NCBI RefSeq assembly: GCF_018350175.1
Contig: NC_058368.1
Coordinates: 99,326,001-99,390,000, forward strand
Direction: 5' to 3'
From: Felis catus
Lineage: Eukaryota
DNA length: 64,000 nt
Position 1 is the stretch's first letter; the number at the start of each line of letters is the position of its first letter. A program made the position numbers and the translations under genes. This document shows positions 22,613 to 35,256 of the stretch, one piece after another. The notes below the pieces were generated by a model that was given only the letters and a program-made list of their open reading frames with translations, was not told the origin of the DNA and made no database searches.

Positions 22613-24734
22613 ACAGGCTCACGAATTTCTAAAAGCTAAGTTGGGGAGATCATAGGACATCTCTGCTTGTTAATTGCCTTTAATCAGAGCAACAGTAAAC
22701 TTTCTCTTATTTTCATAATGGGAGGTAGTTTTAGAATTTGGAGTAAGTTGTTTTGCAGAAGGTGGGCTCCTATCCTCCCACAGATACTGAGAAATTGGGG
22801 ATCGATCTTCCCGGATGAACTATACTTCCAAGGGAGGGCTCCCAAGTCCTTGAGAAAGACTGCCTAGATCATAAAACTTGCAAGCAGCCTTTTAAAAGAT
22901 TTACATCTAAAAGGGCAGTGAAGGGATTTACAAGGAAATGTTTTCTGAAGTAAATGTTCTAAGAAAAGGGAGATCAGAGGTCTGCAGTGAGGAAGAAACC
23001 TATCTAAAGTTGAGTCAAGCTGAGAGGGAGATGAAGGCTGTCTTGGGCACAAAATACAACCACAGATGGTGGGTATACCAGTTTCTAGGCATTTCCACAA
23101 TAGTAAATTTAGAATGTATGGATTGCAAGATACACAGATCAGTTGGAGAATATATCTTCTCAAGGACTGGACTAAACCAATATTTTTACTATTTCTTTGT
23201 TTCCAAAGAGTCTGTTCACTGAAAAGCAAAACAAGAAGGGACATATTTTATGACACTCCTTTGAAATCGCTGTCTGAAAAAATAAAGAATAACAATTGTA
23301 ATCCTAAAATTCCCAGTGCAAACAAAAAGCTACACGCTAATACTTAACACTTTTCTGTGTTATGTAATAATGTATTCACATTAGAAAATGTGTATAAAAT
23401 GTTGTCATTCTCTCTTATGATTTACTGTAGTTTCCTAATTTTCACGTGTGTAATTATCAGCAGTTACAAATGAGACCACATTTCCTGGCTTTATGTCTCT
23501 TTTATTGGCACTGTTTAGGTTAAATACTTTTAGGAATGCCCAGGGTTAACTCCTTTGTGCTCATGCACAAGTCTGGTCAGCCACCTTGTGATGTCTTTTT
23601 ACACAATTTCTGCCATTGAACTTGCTTTCTCCGTGGCTGGATTTCACTGCACACTCAGGGAACAGTGTCAAGATGTGCTGGGTGTCTTAATCTCGTCTCT
23701 TGATAATGTCCTAATGTTCTTTCAGTGATGTTTCTGACACCCTGGAGTTTGTGATTTTCTTTCTTATTTTTGTGTGAAATTATTTTTAGAAAGTCATGAA
23801 ACTTTTGCTATGTGTGCTTTTATATGTTACAGAATTGTAAGTTACCATTTTTTTCCCATATTTATTAGTGGTTCTTCTCATTAGGACCCTTGGAGAAGTC
23901 CATGATGAAATAAATAAATACTACATTGACTACACTTCTCCACATTCATCTCCTGTCTGTCCTTGAGGCTTTATGAGTGTGTTATCCTTGTCACATGGGG
24001 CTCTGTCTTCTTTTGGGATTAGTTCTTTCCAAGAGTCTCATAAGATACTCATGCATACATATCTGACTGAGCCACCCCATGCATATTCCGGACTGTACAC
24101 AGACATGTCTGATCTGTAGTTTAGGTTTAGTCTTGAATCTGTAATACTTGATTTTTGGAAGCACAAATTCTCTTACTCATTCTTTTTCTTCTTGTATTGG
24201 TTCCATTAATTCAAGGGTATCAAATTGTGGTCCCCCAAATGTATTCATTTTAAGTAGGTATGTAAATTTTAGTTTTATTTTGTATAAATATTGCACACAC
24301 TTTTCAGAAATAATTAGAACATGGCTATATTGTACAATTTGCAAGAAAGGTGTTGCCCGTGTACCACTTGAACTTGAGACCTCTGCTCTTTCCTTCAACA
24401 AAATACCCATCTTGTGTTAGATCTAGGAATGTGGCTACACTAGTGAACAAAAGAGGCTAATATTCTTGTCTGCAAGAAGAATATATATGTCATATGTATA
24501 TAATAAGTTATATATTGTGTGTAAATATACATATATATTCCATATAAAAAATTGAGAAAAGATTAAGAATTTATCTTCCACATGTGCGCCAATAACTCCT
24601 TATTGCTTCTTTTAGCCTTACTGTTTTCATAATGTTTTTCTTAATAGAATACAAATTTGCATTTCCTCATTAACTGTGACAGCTGCTTCACTGTCAATGA
24701 GGGTTCCTTTTATAGGAGACTGTCACTTAATCTT

Positions 24735-25255
24735 TTTTTTTTAATTTTATTTTTAATTTTTTAAAATTTACATCCAAATTTACATCCAAAATAGTGCAAC
24801 AGTGATTTCAGGAGTAGATTCCTTAGTGCCCCTTCCCCATTTAGCCCATCCCCCCTCCCACCTATCTCATGTAACCCTCAGTTTGTTCTCCATATTTATG
24901 AGTCTCTTCTGTTTTGTCCCCCTCCCTGTTTTTATATTATTTTTGTTTCCCTTCCCTTATGTTCATCTGTTTTGTCTCTTAAAGTCCTCATCTGAGTGAA
25001 GTCATAGCATTTTTGTCTTTATCTGACTGACTAATTTCACTTAGCATCATACCCTCCAGTTCCATCCATGTAGTTGCAAATGGCAAGATTTCATTCTTTT
25101 TGATTGCCGAGTAATACTCCATTGTGTATTTATACCACCTCTTCTTTATCCATTCATCAGTCCATTTGGGCTCTTTCCATACTTGGCTGTTGTTGATAGT
25201 GCTGCTCTAAACATGGCGATGCATGTGTCCCTTTGAAACAGCACACCTATATCTC
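24735..25255 (-). mobile_element. 5'-truncated felid L1 3' end
   Basis: Perfect 18-bp TSD AGACTGTCACTTAATCTT at 24717-24734 and 25256-25273; poly-T at left. Confidence 0.95.
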
Positions 25256-25394
25256 AGACTGTCACTTAATCTTAGGAGGAAAAATATAAACTTGTTCTGT
25301 TTATTCCTAAACAAACACTCATGGTAAAAAAGGCAAGACAACGAAAAAGATTTCTAATCCAAGAGTCCTCTTCCTTCCATTTTTTTTTGTAGGT

Positions 25395-25560
25395 CAGGAA
25401 CCAGGGACTAACTACCTGAATGTTGTGACTCGCTTTCCTCATCTGTAAAATACAGCTAGTAATAACTTATTGAAAAGGTTGTTGTAGCAATCAAAGAGCA
25501 TAGTAACTATGGGCTGATGTTGCACGTGGGACTTGATGGGCACTTACAAAGTTGATTATG
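25395..25560 (+). mobile_element. MIR relic
   Basis: MIR core TTTCCTCATCTGTAAAAT..GTAATAAC..GGTTGTTGT. Confidence 0.7.
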
Positions 25561-25605
25561 TTCCCTTTCACTCCAGGTCTCAAAAACTGGGACTGGCTAT
25601 TTGCA

Positions 25606-25790
25606 GGGGCACCTGGTTTTCTCTGTGGGATAAGCGTCTGACTCTTGATTTCGGCTCAGGTCTTGATCTCACGATTGGTGAGTTCAAGCTCTGCACTGGG
25701 CTCTGCGCTGACCACACTGAGCCTACTTGGGATTCTCTGTGTGCCTTGCTCTTTGCCCCTCCCTCAAGATCTCACTCTCTTAAAAAAAAA
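25606..25790 (+). mobile_element. Can-SINE
   Basis: TSD GACTGGC(T/C)A(T/C)TTGCA at 25591-25605 and 25791-25805. Confidence 0.93.
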
Positions 25791-26211
25791 GACTGGCCAC
25801 TTGCAAATCAGATTTGTGCTGCAAAAACTTAAGAAACCTGATAAGATTGAAATAAAAATGGCCCTAGGAAATTTGAATCTCTATTCTTCATTCTGTCTTA
25901 TACTTAAATTTTGAATGAAACACTTAATCATACTGTCTTGTGTTATGTTTTTTTTTCTTATCTCATGTGTCCTGCTATAGTATGGAATCCTTGATGGTCA
26001 TGGAAAACGAGCATCACCTCTTAATTCTAAAGACTTCGTACCAAATCCACTCTTCATATGTAATTTTTCTGTTTTTAATCTGTGTCTTGTATCTCTCTCA
26101 GTTCACATAGATCACCCCTCCCCATATCCATAATTAAAACAATAAGAGTATGCCTTATTTTAGTAGTTTATTAGGAAGAGTTGATAATATTCACCTTTAA
26201 AAGAAGTTCTT

Positions 26212-26408
26212 GGGGCACCTGGGTGACTCAGCCTTGCAGTATCTGACTCTTGATTTTGGCTCAGGTCATGATCTCACTGTTCTGTGCCATCAGCACAGAG
26301 CCTCCTTGGGATTCTCTCTCTCCCTCTCTCTCTGTCTCTCCCCTGCTCGCTTGCACACTCTCTCTTTCTCCCTCTCTCAAAAATAAATATTAAAAAAAAT
26401 TTTTTTTA
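26212..26408 (+). mobile_element. Can-SINE, internally deleted
   Basis: GGGGCACCTGGGTGACTCAG head, CT-rich region, A tail. Confidence 0.92.
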
Positions 26409-27335
26409 AGATTTTCTCATTTTATTTTCCTCAATTTAGCTTTTAATTGTCAGCATTTTCAAATGCATGCAGACATAAATTCCATTTCTTTCTGTATCCC
26501 TGGGTGTCTCTTAAATATATTGCTTCTGTTGTTAGGGACAACCAAGATAAATTATATAGTATTGTTATGCATGATAGAGCAGCAGGGCACCACTGGGCCC
26601 AATTCACTCAATTTCTAAAAGTCTGTTAGGAGCTTTCACAGCTAGAAGCAGGGGGTTATATACACAGAGAGAGTTATGTATCCCAACCAGCTACTCCCTC
26701 TCCTGTTGTAAGTGGAATCCATGCTTTGCCACATCCAGCCTCCTCAACCACGTGCCTCAGGGGTAAATAAACCACCAAGGAGATCAAGTAGGCAAGATTT
26801 GCGCATCAGTCAGTAATGGCACTCACAGGGAAGAAGTTTTCAAAAGTATCTGAATATGCCAGATGCCTATTCACACAGGAGAAACTGTAAACAGTGGCTC
26901 TGTTATGCCTCATGTTACTTCACCTTCACCAAACTAAAATAACTTTCTCTGAACAACCGTCAGTAAGATCTAGAAAGGTACGGGTATCTGGGAGTTTCGG
27001 ATTCTATCCTCCTTTCCTTCCTTACTGACAAGGTCGTTTCAGCAAGTTCTTGAAAGGTTCTATGTCCTTTTAATTCATTCCAGAAAGTCAGAATTGAGAA
27101 TTGGATATCTTCTACTAAGTGGACAGGAAAACAATGAAGAAATCAGATTTTAGTTTGCCCAGAAATACTTCACTGACCAAAATGACCAAATGGCATGTAA
27201 ATTTAGATCTGTTAGGCTTTCATCTAAAGGCCTGAGGAATGCAGTACTTTGAGTAGAAGAGTCTGGAAGTACAGTAGGGAAGCTATGAGTGCTAAAATTG
27301 TCATAACTTATTGTCTTAAAGATTCCATGGTTATT

Positions 27336-27541
27336 AGGGTTCATGAGCAGCTCAGTCACTTGGGCATCGACTCTTGGTTTAGGCTCAGGTCATGATCTCA
27401 CAGTCTGTGAGTTCGAGCCTTGCCTCAGGCTCTGCACTGTCAGCATAGAACCTGCTTGGGATTCTTTCCCTCTCTCTCTGCCACTCTCCTACTTGTGTTC
27501 TCTGTCTCTCTCTCATAGTGAATAAATAAACTTAAAACACA
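27336..27541 (+). mobile_element. Can-SINE (degenerate head)
   Basis: GGCTCAGGTCATGATCTCAC core; approximate TSD AAAGATT...TTATT. Confidence 0.9.
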
Positions 27542-27653
27542 AAAGATTTCTTAATTATTGTCATCTATTTTCATATATGGGCCATACTCATCCAGTCTTC
27601 CAGCAATAGTAGCAAGAAAGGGTGGTGGGAGAATATATTACGATTGGGAGAGA

Positions 27654-27878
27654 GGGGCACCTGGGTGGCTCAGTCAGTCAGAAGCTCAGTAAGAAGTGTG
27701 TGCACCTTGATTTCGGCTCAGGTCATGACCTCACAGTTCATGGCTTCGAGCCCGGTGTAGGACTCCATGTTGATAGTGCGGAGCCTGCTTGGGATTCTCT
27801 CTCTCCCTGTTGCTCTGCCTCTCTCTTGCTCTTTCTCTCTCCTTCTCTCTCTCTCAAAAATAAACAAGCTTAATAAAG
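27654..27878 (+). mobile_element. Can-SINE
   Basis: Head with local GCTCAGT duplication; GATTGGGAG on both flanks. Confidence 0.93.
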
Positions 27879-28159
27879 AAGATTGGGAGGGAGACACAGA
27901 GTTAAGGAGGAAGGGAGAGAGGGATAACTGAGGTGCTTTATTTTGTTTTAATTAGATTTGCTGGTTTCATCATGACTGTTCACCACAACTAAACATTTTA
28001 CCTGAGAGAAGAGGCAAGAATGAGTATAACACCTGGTTTAGAAAACTGAAACTGGGGTACGCTGGCTACATTGTTGGCTCTGAGAAAGGTCTCTTGCTGT
28101 TCTTGAACAGTCGCTCTGCTTTCAGGGAAGCCACGAAAACATGACCAATGATTAGAAGT

Positions 28160-28345
28160 AACTAATATTTATATGTTGGCATCACTTTGTTCTTTAATTC
28201 TGATTACCTATGAGGTAGGTCCTTTATGATTCCTGTTTTGCCGATGAGGAATAGGAGACTCATAAAAGTGAAGAGAAATTTTCCACTTTACATGCCAATT
28301 ATTTTTATATCTAGAACTTGGTTCTCTTGATAGCATAGTCCAATT
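28160..28345 (-). mobile_element. MIR relic
   Basis: CCTATGAGGTAGGTCCTTTATGATTCCTGTTTTGCCGATGAGGAA. Confidence 0.65.
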
Positions 28346-28666
28346 CGTTCCTAACTTTATATAATAGCATTGTTTTGTTAGTTCATTGAGTATATATAAA
28401 GATGCAGCCCTAGGTGAGCACTTATTATTTAGAAAATCATAAAATTTATTAAATGTATTGATTTCTTTTGTGATAAGAGGTGAGACAGTCTATCCAAATT
28501 AAACATAATACTGAAGATCCATATTTCAACAAATAAACTGATGAAACAGTAGAGAAATACCTGTCAAAACATGCCAAAAATATTACTGAAGTTAGTGCAC
28601 TAAATTAGGTTTTTACTTTTCTAAATGCTAAATCCAACTATTGCGTTGTGTTAAAAGAAAATATGT

Positions 28667-28875
28667 GGGGAGCTTTGTTGGCTCAGTTGTTGACTGTCCA
28701 ACTATTGATTTTGGCCTACATCATTATTTCACAGTTTTGTGGACTTGAGCCCCACATCGGGCTCTGAGCTGACACTGTGGAGCCTGCTTGGGACTCTCCT
28801 TCTCTCTCTGTGCTCCTCCGCCACTCATGCTCTCTCTGTCTCTCTCAAAATAAGTAAACTCTAAAAAAAATTTTT
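28667..28875 (+). mobile_element. Can-SINE
   Basis: TSD TTAAAAGAAAATAT at 28651-28664 and 28876-28889. Confidence 0.92.
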
Positions 28876-29836
28876 TTAAAAGAAAATATACAAGCTCACA
28901 CATAGGGAAATGTTTCCTTTTAGTATTACATTATAGAAGTATTTTGTTATTTCATTCTTTCAAGAGGGGGCGTTGGGCTATAACAACAATAAAAAATGGT
29001 ATCTACTATCACTTTGCTGAAAGATATATTTTTAAAATATATGCTAATTTTTTGTCATGATGTAAAAATAAAGTGTTGAAGATACAAATGAGGGAAGCTA
29101 GTTCTTGGGAGGTTAAACTTACATGACCTCACTTTACTTCTTTGGATCATGTAATACCACGTTTCCTAAAATGTGCAAAATAGCTTAGCAGGATGACAGC
29201 GATTCCTGGTTAAAAAGCCCCCAAGAGAAATAAGCTTGGAAATTCTGGGTCAGATTGAATAGTTTTATCTTCCTCATGGTGACCAGATCTTGAGTTGTGA
29301 GAGTGGTTACTTCAGTTTTTGGAGGTAATTATGGTGGACAGTGTTTCCCAACATCAGTGACCATACCACATTTATTCTGGAGCATCTTTTGGGAACCCAC
29401 TTTGGAAAAGGAAAGATCTAATTTACTGCTGTGGTAGGACATGGGCAGTCCAAAGCATTAACGACACCTGCCTTATGGATTCTCCCTAAGTGCTAACTTA
29501 CAACAAAGTCATGATTATAACCCATCATAAATGCTGTGCATTGTTCATTAAGTTGTGTTCCAGATCCTTTAGTTAGAGGATACATATCATGCTTTTTAAA
29601 ATAGAAAAAAGCAGTGCTTGCTTTAGAATCCACTATCCCACTAGTTTATGTCCTCGAGATGCAGGAGGATAGTATTGCCCAACTATCAGTCTTTTTAGCT
29701 TTTTTTTTTTATTAGTTTGCATTCACATATTTTTTTCGACCATCTGTGACAAAAAAGAAAAGAATGTGAGACACAGGATGTGGAAGAGATTTTTTTGTCT
29801 TGGGCAACTGTAAGGATAGGATTACCTCTACTATGT

Positions 29837-30155
29837 TGTATCTATCAGAATTCTTTGCTAGGTAAAGTTGTAGTGTCAACAAACCACAAATAGGTAGCTT
29901 ACAAAAAGATTGATTTCTTCCTCATACTGTTGTTTATCTACAGGTTGAGTTTTCTGTAGTTCTGTTCTGTGTTTCCTATTCCAGGATCCAAACAGAAAAC
30001 AAAGCTTCTGTATATGGCTCGTGTCTCTTTCTTCTTTGCGGCAAACACTACTACTGCTCACGTGCCCTGGTTAAAACCAACAGTGAGGCTAAGCCTAATG
30101 TCAATGGATGGGAAGTGCATTATTGGGGAGCAGTATTTAAACCTCTTATAGGAGG
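29837..30155 (-). mobile_element. MaLR LTR relic (MLT1J-like)
   Basis: TGATTTCTTCCTCATAC..CCAGGATCCA..CTGCTCAC..GGCTAAGCCTAATGTCAATGGATGGGAAGT. Confidence 0.55.
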
Positions 30156-30161
30156 GTGCAC

Positions 30162-30347
30162 TTTTTTTTGAGAGAGAGAGAGAAAGGGCATGAGTGGAGG
30201 TAGGGGCAGAGAGAGATGGAAAGATAACTCTACGAAAAGTCAGTGCTGTCAGTGAAGAGCCCTATGTGAGGATCGAACTCATAAGATCACGACCTGAGCT
30301 GAGATCAAGAGTCGGACGCTAAGCTGACTGAGTCATCTATGTGTCCC
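30162..30347 (-). mobile_element. Can-SINE
   Basis: GATCACGACCTGAGCTGAGATCAAGAGTCGGACGCT. Confidence 0.9.
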
Positions 30348-30349
30348 AA

Positions 30350-30985
30350 TACATTTTTTTTCAAATAAGTTATTAAGTTTTGATGTTGTAATATTTATCA
30401 CAGAAAAGAATGGAGTTGTTGTTTTTGTCATGTTCGAGAAGGCTCTCTCAACTCATATATATAGTATCTTTTTTACTGCATTTCTGATTAATTATGTTGA
30501 ATGCTTCAGTCACTTGCAAGTTAATGTTTACATTTAATATATCAATTTTATTCCAAATTATTGTGATATAAAATAACACTTGTTGTCTTACACATTTCTT
30601 TTCACACAAATTTTAAATGTCAATTCTTATATGAATCTCTAAATACAAATTTTTCACTTTTAAATTTTATGTTGCCATATTTGACACTTAGCAGTACCTC
30701 ACTACAGTATTTGCCACTGAACTTTTTATTGTATGTTTTCATAATATGGCTGCAAAATTTGTATTTACTCCTTGTGTTTTACATATTGTTCATAATATCT
30801 TGAATCCTTTGTGCACTGTTTCTCCTAATAAGTTTTAGAATACTCTGTCTCTCTCTGTTTTTTTTTTAACTGAAATAGAGATAAAATTGGTCCATCTTTG
30901 ATTGCATTTGCAGTAATATTACAGAGTAATGTCAAGAGAAGTGATGGTCATTCATCTCACATTTTGTTTGGGATGCTTTTCCATG
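30350..30985 (-). mobile_element. Ancient L1 (L1ME-like) relic
   Basis: T-rich; TTTGATTGCATTTGCAGTAATATTACAGAGTAAT..GAGAAGTGA matches an antisense ORF2 pattern. Confidence 0.5.
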
Positions 30986-31099
30986 CAGGGAAGATGAGCA
31001 AAAGCAAAATATTACAATAGGCCTAGAACATTATAGATAATATGTTAAAAGAATGGATAATTAATGATAGCATGGAGTTTATGATGACCATAGACATGT

Positions 31100-31482
31100 G
31101 TTACTACAATATCTTGGGTGAGGGCCATAATTTACTGACCCTGCTGCACACCTCTGGACCCATCACTGCCTTTATGGTGTGGACACGTGCAACACAGGAA
31201 GCTCCACCCAGTGGCTTAGCATGGCAGAGACCCATCATGGCAAGATGTGGACTCCTCCAGTGGCTAAATCTGGAGGGAAGACTCTTTGCTCCAGGCAGAA
31301 ATTTCTTGAAACATGGTTCCTGTAGTCTGAAACCTTTCCTGTCCAATTTTCTTCCTTCTCTCTTTCCTTTTATAAGGTTTCAGATCCACATCTTGGTTTG
31401 TAGGCTTTCTCGTGTTCACACCCCCAACATATTTTTTGGCACATGTTATCGTTTCCTGGAATCTCCTTTTCATAACTGAGAC
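31100..31482 (+). mobile_element. ERVL LTR relic (LTR16-like)
   Basis: CTTCCTTCTCTCTTTCCTTTTATAAGGTTTCAGATCCACATCTTGGTTTGTAGGCT..CCCCCAACATAT resembles the LTR16 3' half. Confidence 0.55.
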
Positions 31483-33368
31483 TTGTGCATGGTAGATATC
31501 TAATAAAATTAATTCATTTTTAAGGCTGTAGCTACTATTGTCTCTAAGCAACGTGAAAGTGCAATGTGCATGGTTACAGGAATATTTATTTATGAATAGA
31601 TAGTCGTTCTCTGAAATTAATTTAAACCCGACCTAATAGTCACGCCGTGAATATTTTGTTCAAGGAGATTGAAAAGCAGTTTAATTTCCGCCCTGCCCAT
31701 TTCTCTGTTGCTTTTCACATGGCATTCTGTCTTAGATATACCATCAGAATGTCATATAGTGTTTGCATTTCAAAAATTATTTCCTCCTGGGTTTGATGTT
31801 GCCTCCAAAGCCCGAATCAGGGAAATAGGCACTAACTCCTACTTAAGTGGAGAGGGTAAAAATTGTCCACTTGTTAAAGATTAACATGTATTTCAGGTTG
31901 TCAAAGTTACAATTAATTAAAACACACAAAAGGTGCTTTTCTTAAGGATTTACCTGTCTCCCCAATATTATACAGGTTGTACATTTTTTTAGGTGATATT
32001 AATATGTCACATTTGTAATACAGGTCAGTAGAGAGGAATTTTAGACAAAAAATGAATCTTTGACCTACCTGTGATACATATATGTAATTAGATAAGTTCA
32101 CAATTGAATAAGTCTATGTTCAAGCTTAAAATTATTCAATGTGAGCCATGATCAGCATTAAGGACTCAAATGACTGACAGACTTCTTAAGGTTCTGTCAC
32201 TGTACAAATAGTGAATCAAGTTTTAAAAAATATCGAAACTGTATAACCTCCTTTTTTTTCCACTTTCTGTGGTGGAATTTTATGAGAATGTCCCTGTCTG
32301 GCCTTGCTAATCAGTGTGGCTAACTGACTTGTAACAAATTCCTTTGTGAAGCCATCATTTACTCTGAAGGTGTTGCAGTTCAACTAATGACTTGGTGGAT
32401 GGGTTTGTCAGGACCTTCTGCTGGGGTTAATATTATCTGTCTTCCCTGAACAAGTTAAAGAACAAAAAAAAAAATTAAGAAATAAAATGCAGAAAGATTT
32501 GAGGAAACAATGATCAATATTTAATGTTATTGGGAATTTCAACTATTCTCATTAGAATTGATCCTAATATTCACCATTTATATTATAAATCTTAGGATAA
32601 ATTTCACTGGTTTATTATTTCCATGTAGCGTAGTAATTTACTTTATTTATCCAAAATAAGTATACATGAAACTACATTTTTTTAATAACTATTTTTGCGC
32701 TTGGCAAAAGCAATAAACCCAAGATGTTAGAAAAGAATAAAATATCGCCTGAATTAATGGTACCAAAGTGTGAATGAAAATAACATTAATGCAACATAAA
32801 ATACAAACAAAAACAGCTAATGAGATAGGGATTCAAATAGAAAAAGTTTAGATTCAAGAGAACTCACAAATTAGAATTACACTAAAATACAGTCACCTAT
32901 TGAGACAAGGCAGTAAAACCAATAGTACACATTGTTTCCTAAAAAGATGGTAAATCAGCATTATTTCTGTTTCCAGGTATCAATTAAATGTGTTAAATCA
33001 TACTGTTTGTTATGGTAGCAAGAGATAGAGAGGTTTGAACAAAATTATTTTGGATCAAGGTGATGGGGAAATCATCTTCGGTAATCATTTCTGCTATTTA
33101 ACTGAGGAGATTATTATTGCAGTGAAGCTAAGTAAATAGAGGTGAATGAGAAAATAAAGAGCACTGTGTTTAAATGAATTCATTTATTTTTGCTAATGTG
33201 GAAGAAATGTTAACGGTGAAACTGGTGAACCTAGGATACATGTACTTGATTACTGTAGGTTTGTTCATTTTATTTTCTTGCTAAATACACTGAAATTAAG
33301 CTTTACTGAGGGAAAATAAAGGATAAGGGTTACTTTGAAGTGATGCTCTCATCCCTTTTGTTTGCTAA

Positions 33369-33706
33369 TGTATGTGGAAATAGCTTAGTTACCATAAAAT
33401 ACTATAGACTGGGTGGCCTCAACTGTAGGCAGTGATTTCTCATAGTTAAAAGCTGGAGGTCCAAATTCAAGGTACTAGCCAGCTGGATCCTGGTGAGAGC
33501 TCTCTTCTGTTCATAGGCACTTTTTCACTGTGTCTTCTTCATCTAGTCAAGAGACAACTATGGAGTCTCTTCCTTTCCTTAGAAGGACACTGATGCCATT
33601 GGGAGAGCCCCACTCTCATGAAGCCACTTTTACCTGAACCTGTCTCATTTCCAACCACTGTGACATTGGGATTTAAATTTGGGAGGGCACAACACAGGCC
33701 ATAGCA
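33369..33706 (-). mobile_element. MaLR solo LTR (MLT1A-like)
   Basis: ATACTATAGACTGGGTGGCCTCAAC..GCTGGAGGTCCAAATTCAAGGT..CTGGTGAGAGCTCTCTT..CCATAGCA. Confidence 0.85.
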
Positions 33707-33892
33707 GTCAGGTCTCAGATCATTAGTCGTCTGTAATTTATTTTGTGCTTATAGGCTTGAATACAGAGAAAAGAAAAAAACTTGAACTTTTCCATACTCC
33801 TTTCTTTAGAAAGGATAAGAAGCTGCTGAAGCCTTGCCCACTTTTTTCTTTCTTTCTTTTCTTTTTTTTTCTGAATGTCCATCTGGTGACAG

Positions 33893-33933
33893 GATTTGGA
33901 GACGAGTACATATCGGCCAGAGGACCCATCAAG
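33893..33933 (+). other. Candidate 41-nt internal exon (unidentified gene)
   Basis: About 30-nt pyrimidine tract, first downstream AG at 33891-92, donor AAG|GTGGGA, local CpG excess; peptide not recognised. Confidence 0.3.
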
Positions 33934-34340
33934 GTGGGAAACGGCTGTGTTTTTCTTATCCGTACGTGTGCCTTAAAGTTAGTTATTAGAATGTCCATAT
34001 GGCAGTAGGAAAAATAGCACTCAGTAGACAGATGTTGAAACAGCAGACAGTGATGCGGTTCAGTTTGCTTCGTGCTGCCTTGAATTCATTTTTTTTATTA
34101 ATCGAGTGCGGTGCTGCAGGGAAAGGAGGGAGTACGGTGTACCTGTGTGATTTTCAGATGTGCAGTAACATTTGTATTTCCTCTCCACATCCGGCTGGTT
34201 CTTGTTTAATGTTTTAATATCTTAAGTTGTGATATTAGATTTAGATCTCTGTTCCCATTTGAATATTATTTTTAAATAAATAATTCTGAAGTTCTTTTGA
34301 TATTCTTCAGTAGATTATTTTTCTTACTATTTACTTTTGA

Positions 34341-34566
34341 GGGGCGCCTGGGTGGCTCAGTCTGTTAAGAGTCCACCTGGGGCTCAGGTCATGATCTCAC
34401 AATATGTGAGTTTGTGCCCCATGTAGGGCTCTGTGCTGACGGATGAGAGCCTGGAGCCTGCTTCAGTTTCTGTGTCTCTCCGTCTCTCTGCCCCTCCCAC
34501 TCTTGCGCTCTGTTTCTCTTTCTCTCTCTCTCTCTCAAAACTAAATACACATTAAAAAAAAACCTA
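34341..34566 (+). mobile_element. Can-SINE inserted into the tail of an opposite-strand SINE
   Basis: TSD A(C/A)TATTTA(C/T)TTTTGA at 34326-34340 and 34567-34581. Confidence 0.95.
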
Positions 34567-34581
34567 AATATTTATTTTTGA

Positions 34582-34747
34582 GAAAGCACGAACAGGGGGA
34601 GGAGCAGAAAGAGGTGGGGGCAGAGGATGCAAAGTGGACTCTGCATTGACAGCAGAGACCCCAGTGCAGGTTTTGAGCTCATGGACCAGGAGATCATGAC
34701 CTGAGCTGAAGTCAGATGCTCAACCAAATGAGCCACCCAGGTGCCCC
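34582..34747 (-). mobile_element. Can-SINE (host of the nested insertion)
   Basis: Outer perfect TSD TCTTCAGTAGATTATT at 34304-34319 and 34748-34763. Confidence 0.95.
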
Positions 34748-35047
34748 TCTTCAGTAGATTATTGATGTGCCTTAGAATATCTGTCCATTGAATGCCAGGT
34801 CAGATCTTCAATTCTCTGGAGTCAGAAGACAGTATGGAAAAGTGATGGCTTACGTGTTGGGTTAATCGAAAAGAGACAAAGTGGCAAACCATGAAATAGT
34901 CTGATTCAGGTCTTTAAATGTTTATCCTGACCCATAATCTAAATCAGTGCATTCACAAAGTAGGTTCACAGCTGTCACGAGGAAAGACTCGATACTGATT
35001 CTTGCCTGATTGTTTTACACGCTGTAATATGGTAACAAACAGGGCTC

Positions 35048-35256
35048 TTTATTTATTTTTGTCTGTTTATTTATTTATTTTTGAGAAAGAGAGGGGAGTA
35101 AGGCAGAAAAGAAGAGAGAGACAGAGAATCCCAAGCAGAGTCCAAGCTGTCAGTGCAGAGCCCGGCGTGGGGCTGGAACTCATGAACCGCGAGATCATGA
35201 ACTAAGCCAAAATCGAGATTGGGTGGCTTGACAGACTGAGCCAGCCCATGTGCCCC
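35048..35256 (-). mobile_element. Can-SINE
   Basis: GAACCGCGAGATCATGAACTAAGCC core, TGCCCC head. Confidence 0.92.

Larger units (their letters stand above)
21944..23049 (-). mobile_element. ERV1 solo LTR (MER67-like) containing L1 fragments
   Basis: TG...CA ends, 4-bp flanks CAGA/CAAA; CTAAGAAAAGGGAGATCAG..GGAAGAAACCTATCTAAAGTTGAGTCAAGCTGAG. Confidence 0.75.

Noticed and set aside
22864..23347. Overlapping 93-126 aa ORFs
   Set aside because: They straddle an LTR boundary; no recognisable domain.
31042..31479. 145-aa plus-strand ORF
   Set aside because: Lies mostly in an LTR16-like relic; no recognisable domain and no splice or promoter context.
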